Of a DNA stretch of 64,000 bases, positions 1 through 9,890 are shown in pieces. The DNA is from Sulfurospirillaceae bacterium (GTDB taxonomy: Bacteria > Campylobacterota > Campylobacteria > Campylobacterales > Sulfurospirillaceae). The position numbers were made by a program, and so were the translations under genes. Under the pieces are notes generated by a model that was not told the origin of the DNA, ran no database searches, and was given only the letters and a program-made list of their open reading frames with translations. How positions within the stretch are numbered: the first letter of the stretch is position 1; each line of letters opens with the position of its first letter. The DNA is taken from NCBI GenBank assembly GCA_033723415.1, contig JAWVXD010000003.1:1-64000 (forward strand), in the 5' to 3' direction.

Positions 1-9
1 CTTCAAGAT

Positions 10-125
10 TTCCGGTGGCTATAGAGAGTTGGAAACGCCCAGTCCCATTTCGAACCTGGAAGCTAAGCAACCCATCGCCGATAATACTGCAGCTTACTGT
101 TGTGGGAATGTAGGTCGCTGCCGGA
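10..125 (+). rRNA. rrf: 5S ribosomal RNA
   Basis: Terminal helix TCCGG(11-15)/CCGGA(121-125); conserved CCCATTTCGAAC, GAAGCTAAG and GTAGGTCGCTGCC motifs; about 116 nt. Confidence 0.95.
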
Positions 126-290
126 TTCTTGTTCTTCTTTCATAAATATTTCTCTAATCATCATCAATTAAATATAAACATAAATTTTAAAAGCTGTTAA
201 GACACAGTTGAATTATTAGACTAGTTGATCAATTATATTTTTTTTAATATAAATTGCTGCATGTTATTAATTATTTTTATGGCAATCATA

Positions 291-1148
291 TCACTGTAAA
301 AGCTTGTATTCATCTCTTAATGGATTTTTTTCGTAAACTCCCAAGTGTTTTATCTCATGTGCAAAAAATGACAGCTCTTCAAGTGCCAGTTTTAGTTTCT
401 TTTCGCTGGGATGTGCTTCTATATCTATGTGAAATCTACTTACTTGCAAAGAACCAGTAGTAGAGTAACTTTCTAATTTTAGCAAGTTGACTCCATTGGT
501 TGCAAATCCGCCGAGTGCTTTAAAAAGTGCAGCAGGGATGTCTCTAACTTGAAAGATTAGTGATGTTATATATGTTTTATCCTCTTCAAATTCCGGTATA
601 ATATTTTCGCGAGATAGAATTATAAATCTAGTCACGTTCCCTCTTAAATCTGAAAAATTTTCCTGTAATATTTCCAAATTGTACAGCTTTGCAGCAAGTT
701 TTGAGGCTATCGCTCCGTACATGACGTCATTTTTTTCGCTAACTTCTTGTGCAGATCCTGCAGTATCAAACTTTGCAACTGCTGTGAGATCTAAATCTAT
801 GATATTCTTATAGCATTGTGCCAAAGCTTGTGGGTGTGAGCCAACAAATTTTACATCTTCTAGTTTACTTCCTTTTATACCTAGTAGACAATGATTAACA
901 GGCTCAAAATGCTCTTTTACGATATAAAGTGATAGTTTTGGTATAAGTCTGTAGATTTCTTCAACTCTTCCTGCAGTTGAATTTTCTACAGGTATCATAG
1001 CGAAATCTGCAGTTTGAGTTTCAACCAATTTCATTGCATTTTCAAAACTTTCACATGCTATTGATATTGATCTAGGAAAAGAGTTCTTACAAGCTAGGTG
1101 TGAATAAGCGCCTTCAACGCCTTGATACGCTATGACTTTATCATTCAT
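291..1148 (-). CDS. pheA: Monofunctional prephenate dehydratase with ACT domain (start 1148 or 1160)
   Basis: IAYQGVEGAYS, PVENS, SHPQALAQC and TRF motifs; no N-terminal chorismate mutase domain. Confidence 0.9.
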   Translation of the reverse strand: MNDKVIAYQGVEGAYSHLACKNSFPRSISIACESFENAMKLVETQTADFAMIPVENSTAGRVEEIYRLIPKLSLYIVKEHFEPVNHCLLGIKGSKLEDVKFVGSHPQALAQCYKNIIDLDLTAVAKFDTAGSAQEVSEKNDVMYGAIASKLAAKLYNLEILQENFSDLRGNVTRFIILSRENIIPEFEEDKTYITSLIFQVRDIPAALFKALGGFATNGVNLLKLESYSTTGSLQVSRFHIDIEAHPSEKKLKLALEELSFFAHEIKHLGVYEKNPLRDEYKLLQ

Positions 1149-1218
1149 TTTCTGCCTCATTTTACAAATTTGTGCAGGATTTTAACATGTGTTGGCTAAA
1201 AAAATAGTATAATCCCAA

Positions 1219-2115
1219 ATGGAAATAAATTTGAATCAAAAAAAAGCTTATTTATATGGTTTGACATCTGTAATTCTTTGGTCTACAGTTGCTAGTGCTT
1301 TTAAACTCTCGTTAAAGTATTTTTCTCCATTACAGCTGTTATTTTATTCTGTTGCGACATCTGTAATCATTCTTTTTTTAATCATTTTAAAGGACAAAAA
1401 ACTTTCTTTATTTCTTACCTATAGTAAAAATGACTATTTAAAGCTATCACTCCTAGGTATTTTAAATCCATTTTTATACTATCTCGTTTTGTTTAAAGCT
1501 TATGACCTATTGCCTGCCCAAGAGGCTCAACCCATAAACTATACTTGGGCTTTGACCTTGAGTTACCTTTCCTTTTTTATCTTAAGACACAAACTTAGTA
1601 TTTATGATTTTTTAGCGGGTATTATATGCTATCTTGGCATATTGGTAATCTCTACGCATGGTGATTTGCTTGGTTTTAAGTTTTCATCCCTTCAGGGTGT
1701 GGTTTTAGCTTTTTCTTCGACGATACTTTGGGCATTTTATTGGATTTTTAATACGAAGTCAAAAGTTGATGCTGTTATAGGGCTTTTTGTGAGTTTTCTC
1801 TTTGGTTTTATATTGATCGTGCTTTATACTATAATATTCTCACATACGATAATATTTAATATTTATGGACTACTGGGATCAATTTATGTTGGTTTTTTTG
1901 AAATGGGTATTACATATGTATTTTGGCTTAAGGCTATGAAGCTTACGACTAATAGTTCAAAGATAGCAAATCTTATATTTATCTCACCGTTTGTATCTCT
2001 GATATTTATACACTTCATAGTCGGTGAAAAAATACTGGTTTCTACCTTTGTAGGATTGATTCTTATAGTAGCCGGTTTATTGATACAACGTAAAAAACCA
2101 GCAAAAACACTTTGA
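1219..2115 (+). CDS. DMT/EamA family transporter
   Basis: 298 aa, about 10 hydrophobic helices in two repeated halves. Confidence 0.85.
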   Translation: MEINLNQKKAYLYGLTSVILWSTVASAFKLSLKYFSPLQLLFYSVATSVIILFLIILKDKKLSLFLTYSKNDYLKLSLLGILNPFLYYLVLFKAYDLLPAQEAQPINYTWALTLSYLSFFILRHKLSIYDFLAGIICYLGILVISTHGDLLGFKFSSLQGVVLAFSSTILWAFYWIFNTKSKVDAVIGLFVSFLFGFILIVLYTIIFSHTIIFNIYGLLGSIYVGFFEMGITYVFWLKAMKLTTNSSKIANLIFISPFVSLIFIHFIVGEKILVSTFVGLILIVAGLLIQRKKPAKTL

Positions 2116-2133
2116 ATTTTAAAAAAATTAAGA

Positions 2134-2139
2134 TATAAT
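2134..2139 (+). promoter_or_regulatory. -10 box (TATAAT) for tRNA-Arg
   Basis: Perfect TATAAT about 20 nt upstream of the tRNA 5' end. Confidence 0.55.
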
Positions 2140-2159
2140 ACCGTCCTTAAATATGGTGT

Positions 2160-2236
2160 GCGTTCATAGCTCAGTTGGATAGAGCACTGGTTTGCGGTAC
2201 CAGCGGTCGGGCGTTCGAATCGCTCTGAGCGCACCA
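2160..2236 (+). tRNA. tRNA-Arg(GCG)
   Basis: Acceptor stem GCGTTCA/TGAGCGC, D arm AGCTCAGTTGGATAGAGC, anticodon stem CTGGT/ACCAG with loop TTGCGGT, T loop GTTCGAAT, encoded CCA. Confidence 0.96.
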
Positions 2237-2348
2237 TTTTACTTATATTCCCTTCTCCTATCATGTATTTAGCACATAAGATAAATTTAAATAATTTTAA
2301 AAGAGTTTTTAATTTGATTGTTTATCTGTCATCATGCATAATAATTTA

Positions 2349-3371
2349 TCAAATATATTTGTTGTTTAAGATAAAATCCACGATTTTTTCTGCTCCGTTT
2401 GGTGCAATATGCTTTTTTAGATCTTCAGATACCGTTTTAAGATTTACCGCCATGATCTCATCCAAAATAGTTTCCGGATTTATCTCATTTTCTCGCTTTA
2501 GTATGGCAAGCCCAAGATCCGCTAGTACTTTGGCATTAAAGTATTGGTGATCTCCTGCTGCATAAGGGTAGGGTATGAAAAGAGAGGGAATGCCAAGAGC
2601 ACATAGTTCCCAAAGAGTACTGGCTCCACTCCTACTGATCGCGAAATCTGCTTGAGAGATTTTGTCTATAATATTTGTGCTAAAGTCAAAGACATCGGCT
2701 TTTATACCGTGTTGACGATAAAATTTAGCAGTTTCTTCAAAATTTTGTTTACCGCATTGATGAATAATGCGGATATTCTTCTCATCTAGTTTTTTTGCCA
2801 AGGACATAGCAAGAGTGTTTATGGCTTTTGCCCCTTGCGAACCACCTAGAAAGATGATGGTTCTTAGTTCACTTATGTCTTTTTTCTTTGTGAAAAATGC
2901 CATATCGACAGGATAATCTTTTATTTTGCTTCTTTCGTCATATGAGCTAAAAAACTCTTTTGCAAATGGTTTTAATATCTTGTTGAGCTTCCCTATTGAA
3001 GCATTTTGTTCGTGTATGTACAGATTCACGTCATTGAATATAGTTGCAAATGATGCAGGAGCTGCAGAGTATCCGCCTACACATATCACATCACTTATCT
3101 GATACTCTTTGAATATCTTTCTACACGCAGCAGCCGATTTGATTATATTTTTTAGCGAATTTAATTTACCGATACCTTGTTTGTTTACGACTCCTTGCGA
3201 GTCTAGAAAAATCTTCTCTGAAAAACCATCGTCATGTTCAAACCAAGATTTGTCTTGCCCTCTTACAGAACCTATATAGATAGGTTTTATATCCCTTTTG
3301 TTCAGGGCATTTTTTAAGGCTTTCACTATGGATAGATGTCCACCTGTACCACCTCCTGTGAGGGCTATCAC
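2349..3371 (-). CDS. murG: Undecaprenyl-PP-MurNAc-pentapeptide GlcNAc transferase
   Basis: GGGTGGH, HEQN, GGSQGA, RSGAST and HQYFNA motifs. Confidence 0.97.
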   Translation of the reverse strand: MIALTGGGTGGHLSIVKALKNALNKRDIKPIYIGSVRGQDKSWFEHDDGFSEKIFLDSQGVVNKQGIGKLNSLKNIIKSAAACRKIFKEYQISDVICVGGYSAAPASFATIFNDVNLYIHEQNASIGKLNKILKPFAKEFFSSYDERSKIKDYPVDMAFFTKKKDISELRTIIFLGGSQGAKAINTLAMSLAKKLDEKNIRIIHQCGKQNFEETAKFYRQHGIKADVFDFSTNIIDKISQADFAISRSGASTLWELCALGIPSLFIPYPYAAGDHQYFNAKVLADLGLAILKRENEINPETILDEIMAVNLKTVSEDLKKHIAPNGAEKIVDFILNNKYI

Positions 3372-4528
3372 ATCTTGGCCTTTTTGCTCACCATGAGAAC
3401 CATACCTATGCCTACGCTCAGAGCTAGTACAGAGCTACCACCATAACTTATGAAAGGTACGGCAATTCCTTTGATCGGTGTTAGAGAAGTTATCCCGTAA
3501 GAATTCATCAAAAATGAAAATACTATTAATAATCCGATTCCTAGAGAGAAAAGATAATATACTCTATTTTCACTTCTATTTGAAATCCTAAATATCCTGT
3601 AAACTATCAAAAATATCGCCAAGGTAATCACAAAAATCCCTATAAAACCTAACTCTTCGGCGATACCTGCTAAAACGAAGTCTGTATGAACTTCACTTAG
3701 AAAACCTAGTTTAAATGCTCCAGATCCTATACCTTGTCCAAAAATGCCCCCGTGTTTTATAGCATTTAGAGAATATGAGATTTGGTAAGGTTCTGGTGCA
3801 TTTTCAACTCGCAAAGTATTTGCAATACTATCAGGAAGAATTGAGAGGACCATATTTTGAATTGTTCCCCACCATATTTTGATTCTTAAAATTCTATGTT
3901 CAGAAGTAAAAATCGCTACGATAAATATAGCAACAGAACCGACTACGGCAATCATAAATAATCTTATGCTTGTTCCTGCAAATAGAAGCATAACTGCCAA
4001 GGTTAGGGCTAAAACAACTACTTGTCCAAGATCATTTTGCATAACAGCAATCAGATAAACTACAAGTACAAAAACAGCTACATACGGGAGTATAAGCTTC
4101 AACTCTTCTTTTAAAGATTTCTTTTTTTCATCTAATTTCCTGGCAAAGCTCCAAGCAAGAAAATAAACAAATCCTATTTTGAAAAATTCTACAGGAGCAA
4201 ATGAAAATCCCGGAAGTCTGATCCATCTTTTTGCACCGCCTGCACTTGTCACAAGGCTTTCAGGTAAATAGTGCATAATACCCATGAGAAAAAGGCAGAT
4301 CAAAAATATGCTAAAAGCGATAATCGTCAAGCTTTTATCAGGATTAAATTGTGACAATGTCCACATAATAAGTATTGAGATCATTCCGACACCGAATTGT
4401 CTAATAAAAAAGTGAAACTCATTGTACCCAAAATATATATTGGTAAAAACAGGTAGTGAAAGAGAAAATACTATGCCTACAAATATGCAAAATGAAGTTA
4501 ATATAAATAATGTTTTATCGGCTGACAT
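3368..4528 (-). CDS. ftsW: SEDS family peptidoglycan glycosyltransferase FtsW
   Basis: GAKRWI, EVHTDF and PFISYGGSS motifs; coupled to murG. Confidence 0.93.
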   Translation of the reverse strand: MSADKTLFILTSFCIFVGIVFSLSLPVFTNIYFGYNEFHFFIRQFGVGMISILIMWTLSQFNPDKSLTIIAFSIFLICLFLMGIMHYLPESLVTSAGGAKRWIRLPGFSFAPVEFFKIGFVYFLAWSFARKLDEKKKSLKEELKLILPYVAVFVLVVYLIAVMQNDLGQVVVLALTLAVMLLFAGTSIRLFMIAVVGSVAIFIVAIFTSEHRILRIKIWWGTIQNMVLSILPDSIANTLRVENAPEPYQISYSLNAIKHGGIFGQGIGSGAFKLGFLSEVHTDFVLAGIAEELGFIGIFVITLAIFLIVYRIFRISNRSENRVYYLFSLGIGLLIVFSFLMNSYGITSLTPIKGIAVPFISYGGSSVLALSVGIGMVLMVSKKAKM

Positions 4529-4610
4529 TTATCTCTCTTTTTTATAATTTGACTATGAAAGAAGTTAGGTTATTTTACATAAAAAAGATTGAAAATATGC
4601 TTGCACAAAT

Positions 4611-4628
4611 AAGGAATGATTTTTGCTT
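4611..4628 (+). promoter_or_regulatory. sigma54 (-24/-12) promoter of flgB
   Basis: aaGGaatgatttttGCtt: GG(4613-14)-N10-GC(4625-26), matching the GGAA...TTTGCT form of Helicobacter/Campylobacter RpoN promoters. Confidence 0.8.
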
Positions 4629-4662
4629 TTATTTGATACATCTAAATCAAAGAGAGGATATC

Positions 4663-5094
4663 ATGTCATTTGAGATAAGCAAATCATTTTCACTGATGGA
4701 AGCCGGGATGAATGCAAGAGCATTGAGACAGAAACTGATAGCCGGTAATATTGCAAATATTGATACACCAAATTATAAAGCAAGAGATATAGATTTTGAA
4801 TCAGCACTTGCTCAAAAAGCAAAAGAGATATACGGTAATAACAATACTCCGCAACTTAAAATGGCAATGACAAATAAAGCAGATCTAAGCGGATACCATG
4901 AAACAGACAGTGCAAAATCGACTATTTATCTTAGAAACGGACATACACAAAGAAACGACGGCAACACTGTAGATTTAGATATAGAGACAACTGAGCTTGG
5001 CAAAAATACCGTCATGTTCAATGCGCTGAGTGCTGCTTTGAAAAAAGACAGTGCGATCTTTAAAAGCGTGATTGACGCATCATCGAAGATTTAA
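4663..5094 (+). CDS. flgB: Flagellar basal-body rod protein FlgB (true start ATG 4663, not 4510)
   Basis: NIANIDTPNYKARD and RNDGNTVDLD motifs; GAGGA RBS before 4663. Confidence 0.95.
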   Translation: MSFEISKSFSLMEAGMNARALRQKLIAGNIANIDTPNYKARDIDFESALAQKAKEIYGNNNTPQLKMAMTNKADLSGYHETDSAKSTIYLRNGHTQRNDGNTVDLDIETTELGKNTVMFNALSAALKKDSAIFKSVIDASSKI

Positions 5095-5104
5095 AGGATA
5101 AATA

Positions 5105-5599
5105 ATGGCATTTTTGAGTAATTTTGATATTAGTGGATACGGACTATCGGCACAAAGATTGAGAATGAATGTGATTAGTTCAAACATAGCTAATGCAGAC
5201 ACTACCAGAACGGCTGAGGGTGGACCATATCGAAGAAGAGAAGTCATCTTTAAAGCCACTAATTTTGATAAAACTTTAAATAATGAGCTGGAAAATAGTA
5301 ATAATATGTTAAAATATGAAAATCCATTGGGAGATCCAAGTGCACCAGGTGATGCAAATCCACCTATTATGAGTGTATCTGTTGATAAAGTAGTTAAAGA
5401 CAATAGTAGTTTTAAAATGAAATATGATCCAACAAATCCTGATGCGAACAAAGATGGATATGTTGCATATCCAAATATAAATCCAGTTATAGAGATGTCG
5501 GATTTAATAGAAGCTACTAGAGCATATCAAGCTAATGTGGCAGCTTTTCAAAGCGCAAAAGCAATGGCACAAAGTGCGATAGATATTTTAAAAGGATAA
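5105..5599 (+). CDS. flgC: Flagellar basal-body rod protein FlgC
   Basis: SNIANADTT, GPYRR, YVAYPNIN and RAYQAN motifs. Confidence 0.97.
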   Translation: MAFLSNFDISGYGLSAQRLRMNVISSNIANADTTRTAEGGPYRRREVIFKATNFDKTLNNELENSNNMLKYENPLGDPSAPGDANPPIMSVSVDKVVKDNSSFKMKYDPTNPDANKDGYVAYPNINPVIEMSDLIEATRAYQANVAAFQSAKAMAQSAIDILKG

Positions 5600-5603
5600 G
5601 TAG

Positions 5604-5903
5604 ATGCAAAATAGTCTTGATAAAATCTCATCATTAGCAAACATCGCAGATTCTAAAAAGAATTTAGCCAAAGGTGTAGGCAGTGGAGATTTTTCAAAAG
5701 TTTTAGAAAATACGATTTCAGAAGTCAATCATGCTCAGCAAACAGGCGATAAAGCTATGGCTGATATAGCTACTGGAGAAGTAAAAGATTTGCACCAAGC
5801 CGCTATAGCTATAGATAAAGCAGAAATCAGCATGAAATTGATGTTGGAAGTTAGAAATAAGGCATTAAGCGCGTATAAAGAGATAGCTAGAACTCAATTA
5901 TAA
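5604..5903 (+). CDS. fliE: Flagellar hook-basal body protein FliE
   Basis: DLHQAAIA...EVRNKALSAYKEI motif; follows flgC. Confidence 0.95.
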   Translation: MQNSLDKISSLANIADSKKNLAKGVGSGDFSKVLENTISEVNHAQQTGDKAMADIATGEVKDLHQAAIAIDKAEISMKLMLEVRNKALSAYKEIARTQL

Positions 5904-5922
5904 ACTTGGCAATTTTTTCTTA

Positions 5923-7707
5923 ATGCACAGCATAAAACCAAAAACATATAAAATACTTTTTCTTTTTTCTATTGTAACTATCGGATTTATTATTTTCTTA
6001 GGAGCTGCATTTTATTGGGCTAGTGCATCAAGAAGATTGCCGACTCTTACTTATACTGAAGTCACTCATGCCCTAAGAGGTAATATCATCAGCAAAGACG
6101 GGTTCAAAGTCGCAACAAGTAAAAAATTATATAAAGTTTCATTGGATACCAGAAATATTGACCCACAAAAAAAACAATTGTTTGTGAAACTTTACTCTCT
6201 TTATAGCGGAGATAACTATAACAAAGTTCTAAAGATCATCAATTCAAATTTTGGCAATGTCGTACTATCTTATGAGATTGATTCAAAAAAAGCAAAATAT
6301 CTGAAAAACTTAGCTAGAAAGCTCTTTGCTCTTAAAGTATTTAAAACTTATGAAGATCCAAAAACAAAAGTCGAATTTTTACATGGCATGAGTGTTGTTG
6401 AGAGCGGGGAAAAGAGAATTTATCCTGCGGTAGATACACTAACTCCGGTTATAGGTTATGTAAAAAAGATTGAGAAAAGCAATATAACAACGATTACAGG
6501 AGTTAAAGGGATTGAAAAATACTATGAGGACAAACTAGCCCCGATACAAGATTCTATACTAAAAGGGCATAGAGATATTGCAAATACCGTTATATTGGAT
6601 AGATATAGCGTTTATACAAAAAGAATTGACGGGCTGAATGTATATTTAAATATCTCACTAAAACTGCAGAAGGTTATAGAAAAAATTCTTGATGATAAGA
6701 AAGCATCTCTAAAGGCTCAAGAGATTATAGCGTGTGTCATGGATAGTAGAACAGGTGCTATTCTTGCTTTAGCCACAAGCAATAGATATAACCCAGATTT
6801 TATTAGAAGAGAAGACTATCCTTCTTTAAATGTAAGTGCAATTGAGTATTCCTATGAACCGGGTTCTGTTATGAAGCCTGTCACTTTTTCACTGCTTCTA
6901 AAAGCAAATAAAGTCAATCCATTTGATATCGTTCCCATATATGGCGGAAAATTTAGGATAGGGAAAAAAGTCATACATGATACTCATGCGTATGATTGGT
7001 TGAGTGCCGAAGATATTATTGTTCATTCTAGTAATGTCGGTATTTCTCAACTTGCTCAAAAACTTGATCCAATAGAATTTTATCAAGGATTGAAAGATTT
7101 TGGTTTTTCTAAAAAAAGCGGTATAGATCTGCCCTATGAAGCCAGAGGAGAGATACCTCCTCTTCATAGACTCAATGCCGAAATCTACAAAGCTACTACT
7201 GCGTATGGATATGGCTTGGATGTCAATTTTATGCAGCTAATTAAAGCATATAGTGTTTTTAATAACAATGGTAGAATCGTAACTCCAAGAATAGCAAGAA
7301 GAGTTGCTGCAAGCAACGGAAATTATAATATTGACGATTATTCATCACAAAGACAGGTTATCCCTGTAGCAGTGGCAAAAAGGATGAAAAAGATATTGAT
7401 AAAAACTGTTTTAAAAGGAACTGGTACCGCAGCTATTTATGATGGATTAGAGATCGGTGGGAAGACAGGTACTGCACATATAGCAGGTGGAGGAGGATAT
7501 ACTAATAAATACAACAGTTCATTCTTTGGATTTGCAAATGATCAAAAGAGTAGATACACTATAGGTGTTTTAGTTAGAGATCCAGAGAAGAAATACCACT
7601 ATTATGCTTCATTGACAGCTGTCCCAACATTTAGGCAGATTGTAGGAAAAATGGTAGAAGAGGGTTATCTAAAACCCCAGCCTACAGCAGATCAGTCTAG
7701 TCAATAA
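5923..7707 (+). CDS. ftsI: Class B penicillin-binding protein (FtsI/PBP3-like)
   Basis: N-terminal TM anchor; SVMK, SSN and KTGT catalytic motifs; YEPGS. Confidence 0.85.
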   Translation: MHSIKPKTYKILFLFSIVTIGFIIFLGAAFYWASASRRLPTLTYTEVTHALRGNIISKDGFKVATSKKLYKVSLDTRNIDPQKKQLFVKLYSLYSGDNYNKVLKIINSNFGNVVLSYEIDSKKAKYLKNLARKLFALKVFKTYEDPKTKVEFLHGMSVVESGEKRIYPAVDTLTPVIGYVKKIEKSNITTITGVKGIEKYYEDKLAPIQDSILKGHRDIANTVILDRYSVYTKRIDGLNVYLNISLKLQKVIEKILDDKKASLKAQEIIACVMDSRTGAILALATSNRYNPDFIRREDYPSLNVSAIEYSYEPGSVMKPVTFSLLLKANKVNPFDIVPIYGGKFRIGKKVIHDTHAYDWLSAEDIIVHSSNVGISQLAQKLDPIEFYQGLKDFGFSKKSGIDLPYEARGEIPPLHRLNAEIYKATTAYGYGLDVNFMQLIKAYSVFNNNGRIVTPRIARRVAASNGNYNIDDYSSQRQVIPVAVAKRMKKILIKTVLKGTGTAAIYDGLEIGGKTGTAHIAGGGGYTNKYNSSFFGFANDQKSRYTIGVLVRDPEKKYHYYASLTAVPTFRQIVGKMVEEGYLKPQPTADQSSQ

Positions 7708-8605
7708 TCATCTTTTTTGATGATATCTCAAGAGTTATTATACTGTCTTCTATCGTACTAAGACCGTTTCTATCACCAGTTTCTAAAAACTTCAAAAATG
7801 CCAAATGTTCTCTAAGCAAAGGTTCCTCTTTCTTTACGATACATTTGCGTATAACAAAAGAGTTGTTCTTTTGATATTCTGAATATTCAGTGAGATCTTG
7901 TGCCATAAGGTCAGCTTCATAGTATGCATTTTTTGTTGCAACTTCTATCGTTCTTTTTCTAAAAGGTGTCAGCCAATTTGTAGTAATGCTTGCAACTATG
8001 TCATGTTCTAGCTTAAATGAAAGCATAGCATTGTCTTCATGGTGGTTGTGAATCTTTCTTGATCTGTAAATATTTGTTTTTACAATCTCTCTTTGCGTGA
8101 TATATCTTATTAGATCTATGTCATGTACAGATAAGTCTGTCAGTATGCCGACATCTGCTATCCTTGGAGGAAATGGACCGACTCTTGTAATGCCTATACT
8201 GTAGATTTCATCATCTTTTATCTCTTCTTTTAGAGCACTGACCACAGGGTTAAATCTTTCTATATAACCAACTGCGACTTTTGCATTTTTTGCATTTGCA
8301 ACTTCTAATATATCATAAGCTTCTGCAGTCGTAGATGCAACAGGCTTTTCAATAAAAATATCTTTGCCTTTATTGAGACATTTGATCGCAACCTCTTTAT
8401 GTAAAAAAGTGGGTACGACTATAACGCAAGCATCAATCTCTACACTCTCAAGCATCTCATCAACATTTGTAAAAAAAGGCTCTTCATAATCACCTGTTTT
8501 TACTACGTCACAAATTGCTACAAGCTTGAAACCTTGAATACTTTTTATGATCCTGTGGTGGTTCCTTCCCATAGACCCAAGGCCTATAAGTGCTATTTTT
8601 TTCAT
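7697..8605 (-). CDS. gnnA: Gfo/Idh/MocA oxidoreductase, probable UDP-GlcNAc 3-dehydrogenase (GnnA/WbpB-like)
   Basis: GLGSMG Rossmann motif, EKP, ERFNP, DLSVHDID; coupled to a DegT aminotransferase. Confidence 0.75.
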   Translation of the reverse strand: MKKIALIGLGSMGRNHHRIIKSIQGFKLVAICDVVKTGDYEEPFFTNVDEMLESVEIDACVIVVPTFLHKEVAIKCLNKGKDIFIEKPVASTTAEAYDILEVANAKNAKVAVGYIERFNPVVSALKEEIKDDEIYSIGITRVGPFPPRIADVGILTDLSVHDIDLIRYITQREIVKTNIYRSRKIHNHHEDNAMLSFKLEHDIVASITTNWLTPFRKRTIEVATKNAYYEADLMAQDLTEYSEYQKNNSFVIRKCIVKKEEPLLREHLAFLKFLETGDRNGLSTIEDSIITLEISSKKMIID

Positions 8606-9711
8606 TTTGCTGCTTCCTCGTATTTTTTGATGCTCTCTACGATAAAATCTTGTTGTTCTGATGTCAAGAATGGACTCATCGGTAAACTCATGATCTCTTG
8701 CGAAACCATTTCACTTATAGGAAAGTCACCTTTTTTATATCCTAGATATTCATATGCTTCTTGTTCATGAAGCGATATAGGATAATGTATAGCTGTTGGA
8801 ACACCTGATTGATTTAAAAAAGAAACAAGAGACGCTCTATCTTTAGAACGAATAGAGTATTGAGCAAAAACGCTTGTTCTTTCACTCAGGATAGTAGGAG
8901 TGACCACATCACAATCCTTTAGGAGTTCGTTATATCTAGCTCCGATCTTCTCTCTTAGTGCTATTTCATCTTCAAAATATTTCATCTTTACATTTAAGAC
9001 GGCAGCTTGAATCGCATCTAATCTACCGTTCATTCCAATATATTTGTGTTTATATCTCTCTTCTTGCCCATGATTTAAAAGAGTTCTCATTTTCTTTCCC
9101 AACGTGTCATCATTTGTAAAAATTGCTCCACCATCACCATAAGCGCCTAAAGGTTTTGAAGGGAAAAAACTTGTACACCCGATATCGCTTAAATTACAAG
9201 ATTTTTTATCCTTATAGGATGCACCAAAACTTTGACAACCGTCTTCTATAACAAATAGATTGTGTTTTTTTGCTATTTTGTTGATTTCATCCATATCTGA
9301 ACATTGACCATATAAGGATACAGGTATTATGGCTTTTGTTTTTGGAGTTATCTTGGCTTCTATTAACTTTGGATCTAGATTATAGGTCTTTTCGTCAATG
9401 TCAACAAAAACAGGAGTAGCACCGGCTAAAGATATGACTTCTGCTGTCGAGATAAAAGTAAAGGGTGATGTGATTACTTCATCTCCACTTTTTATGTCCA
9501 GTGCCATAAGTGCTAAAAGAAGCGCATCTGTTCCAGATGAACAGGCGATTGCGTGTTTTGAACCTGTGAAATTTGCTAAATTTTCTTCTAGTTTTGTCAC
9601 CTGCGGACCCAAGATGAATTGTGTAGATTCCAATACTGCTAAAACTTCTTTGTTAATCTCTTCTTTATGAGCCTCATACTGCGTCTTTAAATCTATAAAA
9701 GGTATCTTCAT
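8602..9711 (-). CDS. gnnB: DegT/DnrJ/EryC1 aminotransferase, probable UDP-3-keto-GlcNAc aminotransferase (GnnB/WbpE-like)
   Basis: SSGTDAL, EDGCQSFGA, SFFPSKPLGAYGDGG (PLP Lys) and NGRLDAIQAA motifs. Confidence 0.75.
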   Translation of the reverse strand: MKIPFIDLKTQYEAHKEEINKEVLAVLESTQFILGPQVTKLEENLANFTGSKHAIACSSGTDALLLALMALDIKSGDEVITSPFTFISTAEVISLAGATPVFVDIDEKTYNLDPKLIEAKITPKTKAIIPVSLYGQCSDMDEINKIAKKHNLFVIEDGCQSFGASYKDKKSCNLSDIGCTSFFPSKPLGAYGDGGAIFTNDDTLGKKMRTLLNHGQEERYKHKYIGMNGRLDAIQAAVLNVKMKYFEDEIALREKIGARYNELLKDCDVVTPTILSERTSVFAQYSIRSKDRASLVSFLNQSGVPTAIHYPISLHEQEAYEYLGYKKGDFPISEMVSQEIMSLPMSPFLTSEQQDFIVESIKKYEEAAK

Positions 9712-9890
9712 CGTACTAGCCTTTGCTTAAATATAATAATTAGAATTTTACAGAAAAGATACTTGTATATAGTTAAACTTGGAAGACAAATTTTATAAGA
9801 AATCAATTCATATATTTTAAAAAAGTTAAATTAAATTAACAAAAATATATAAATATTAATAAATAATTACTTTGTTAAAAAAATATTCAA

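Noticed and set aside
1884..2264. 126-aa minus-strand ORF
   Set aside because: Antisense to the tRNA and the EamA gene; a shadow ORF
4510..4662. N-terminal extension of FlgB in the ORF track
   Set aside because: Overlaps the ftsW start and the sigma54 promoter; the RBS supports ATG 4663
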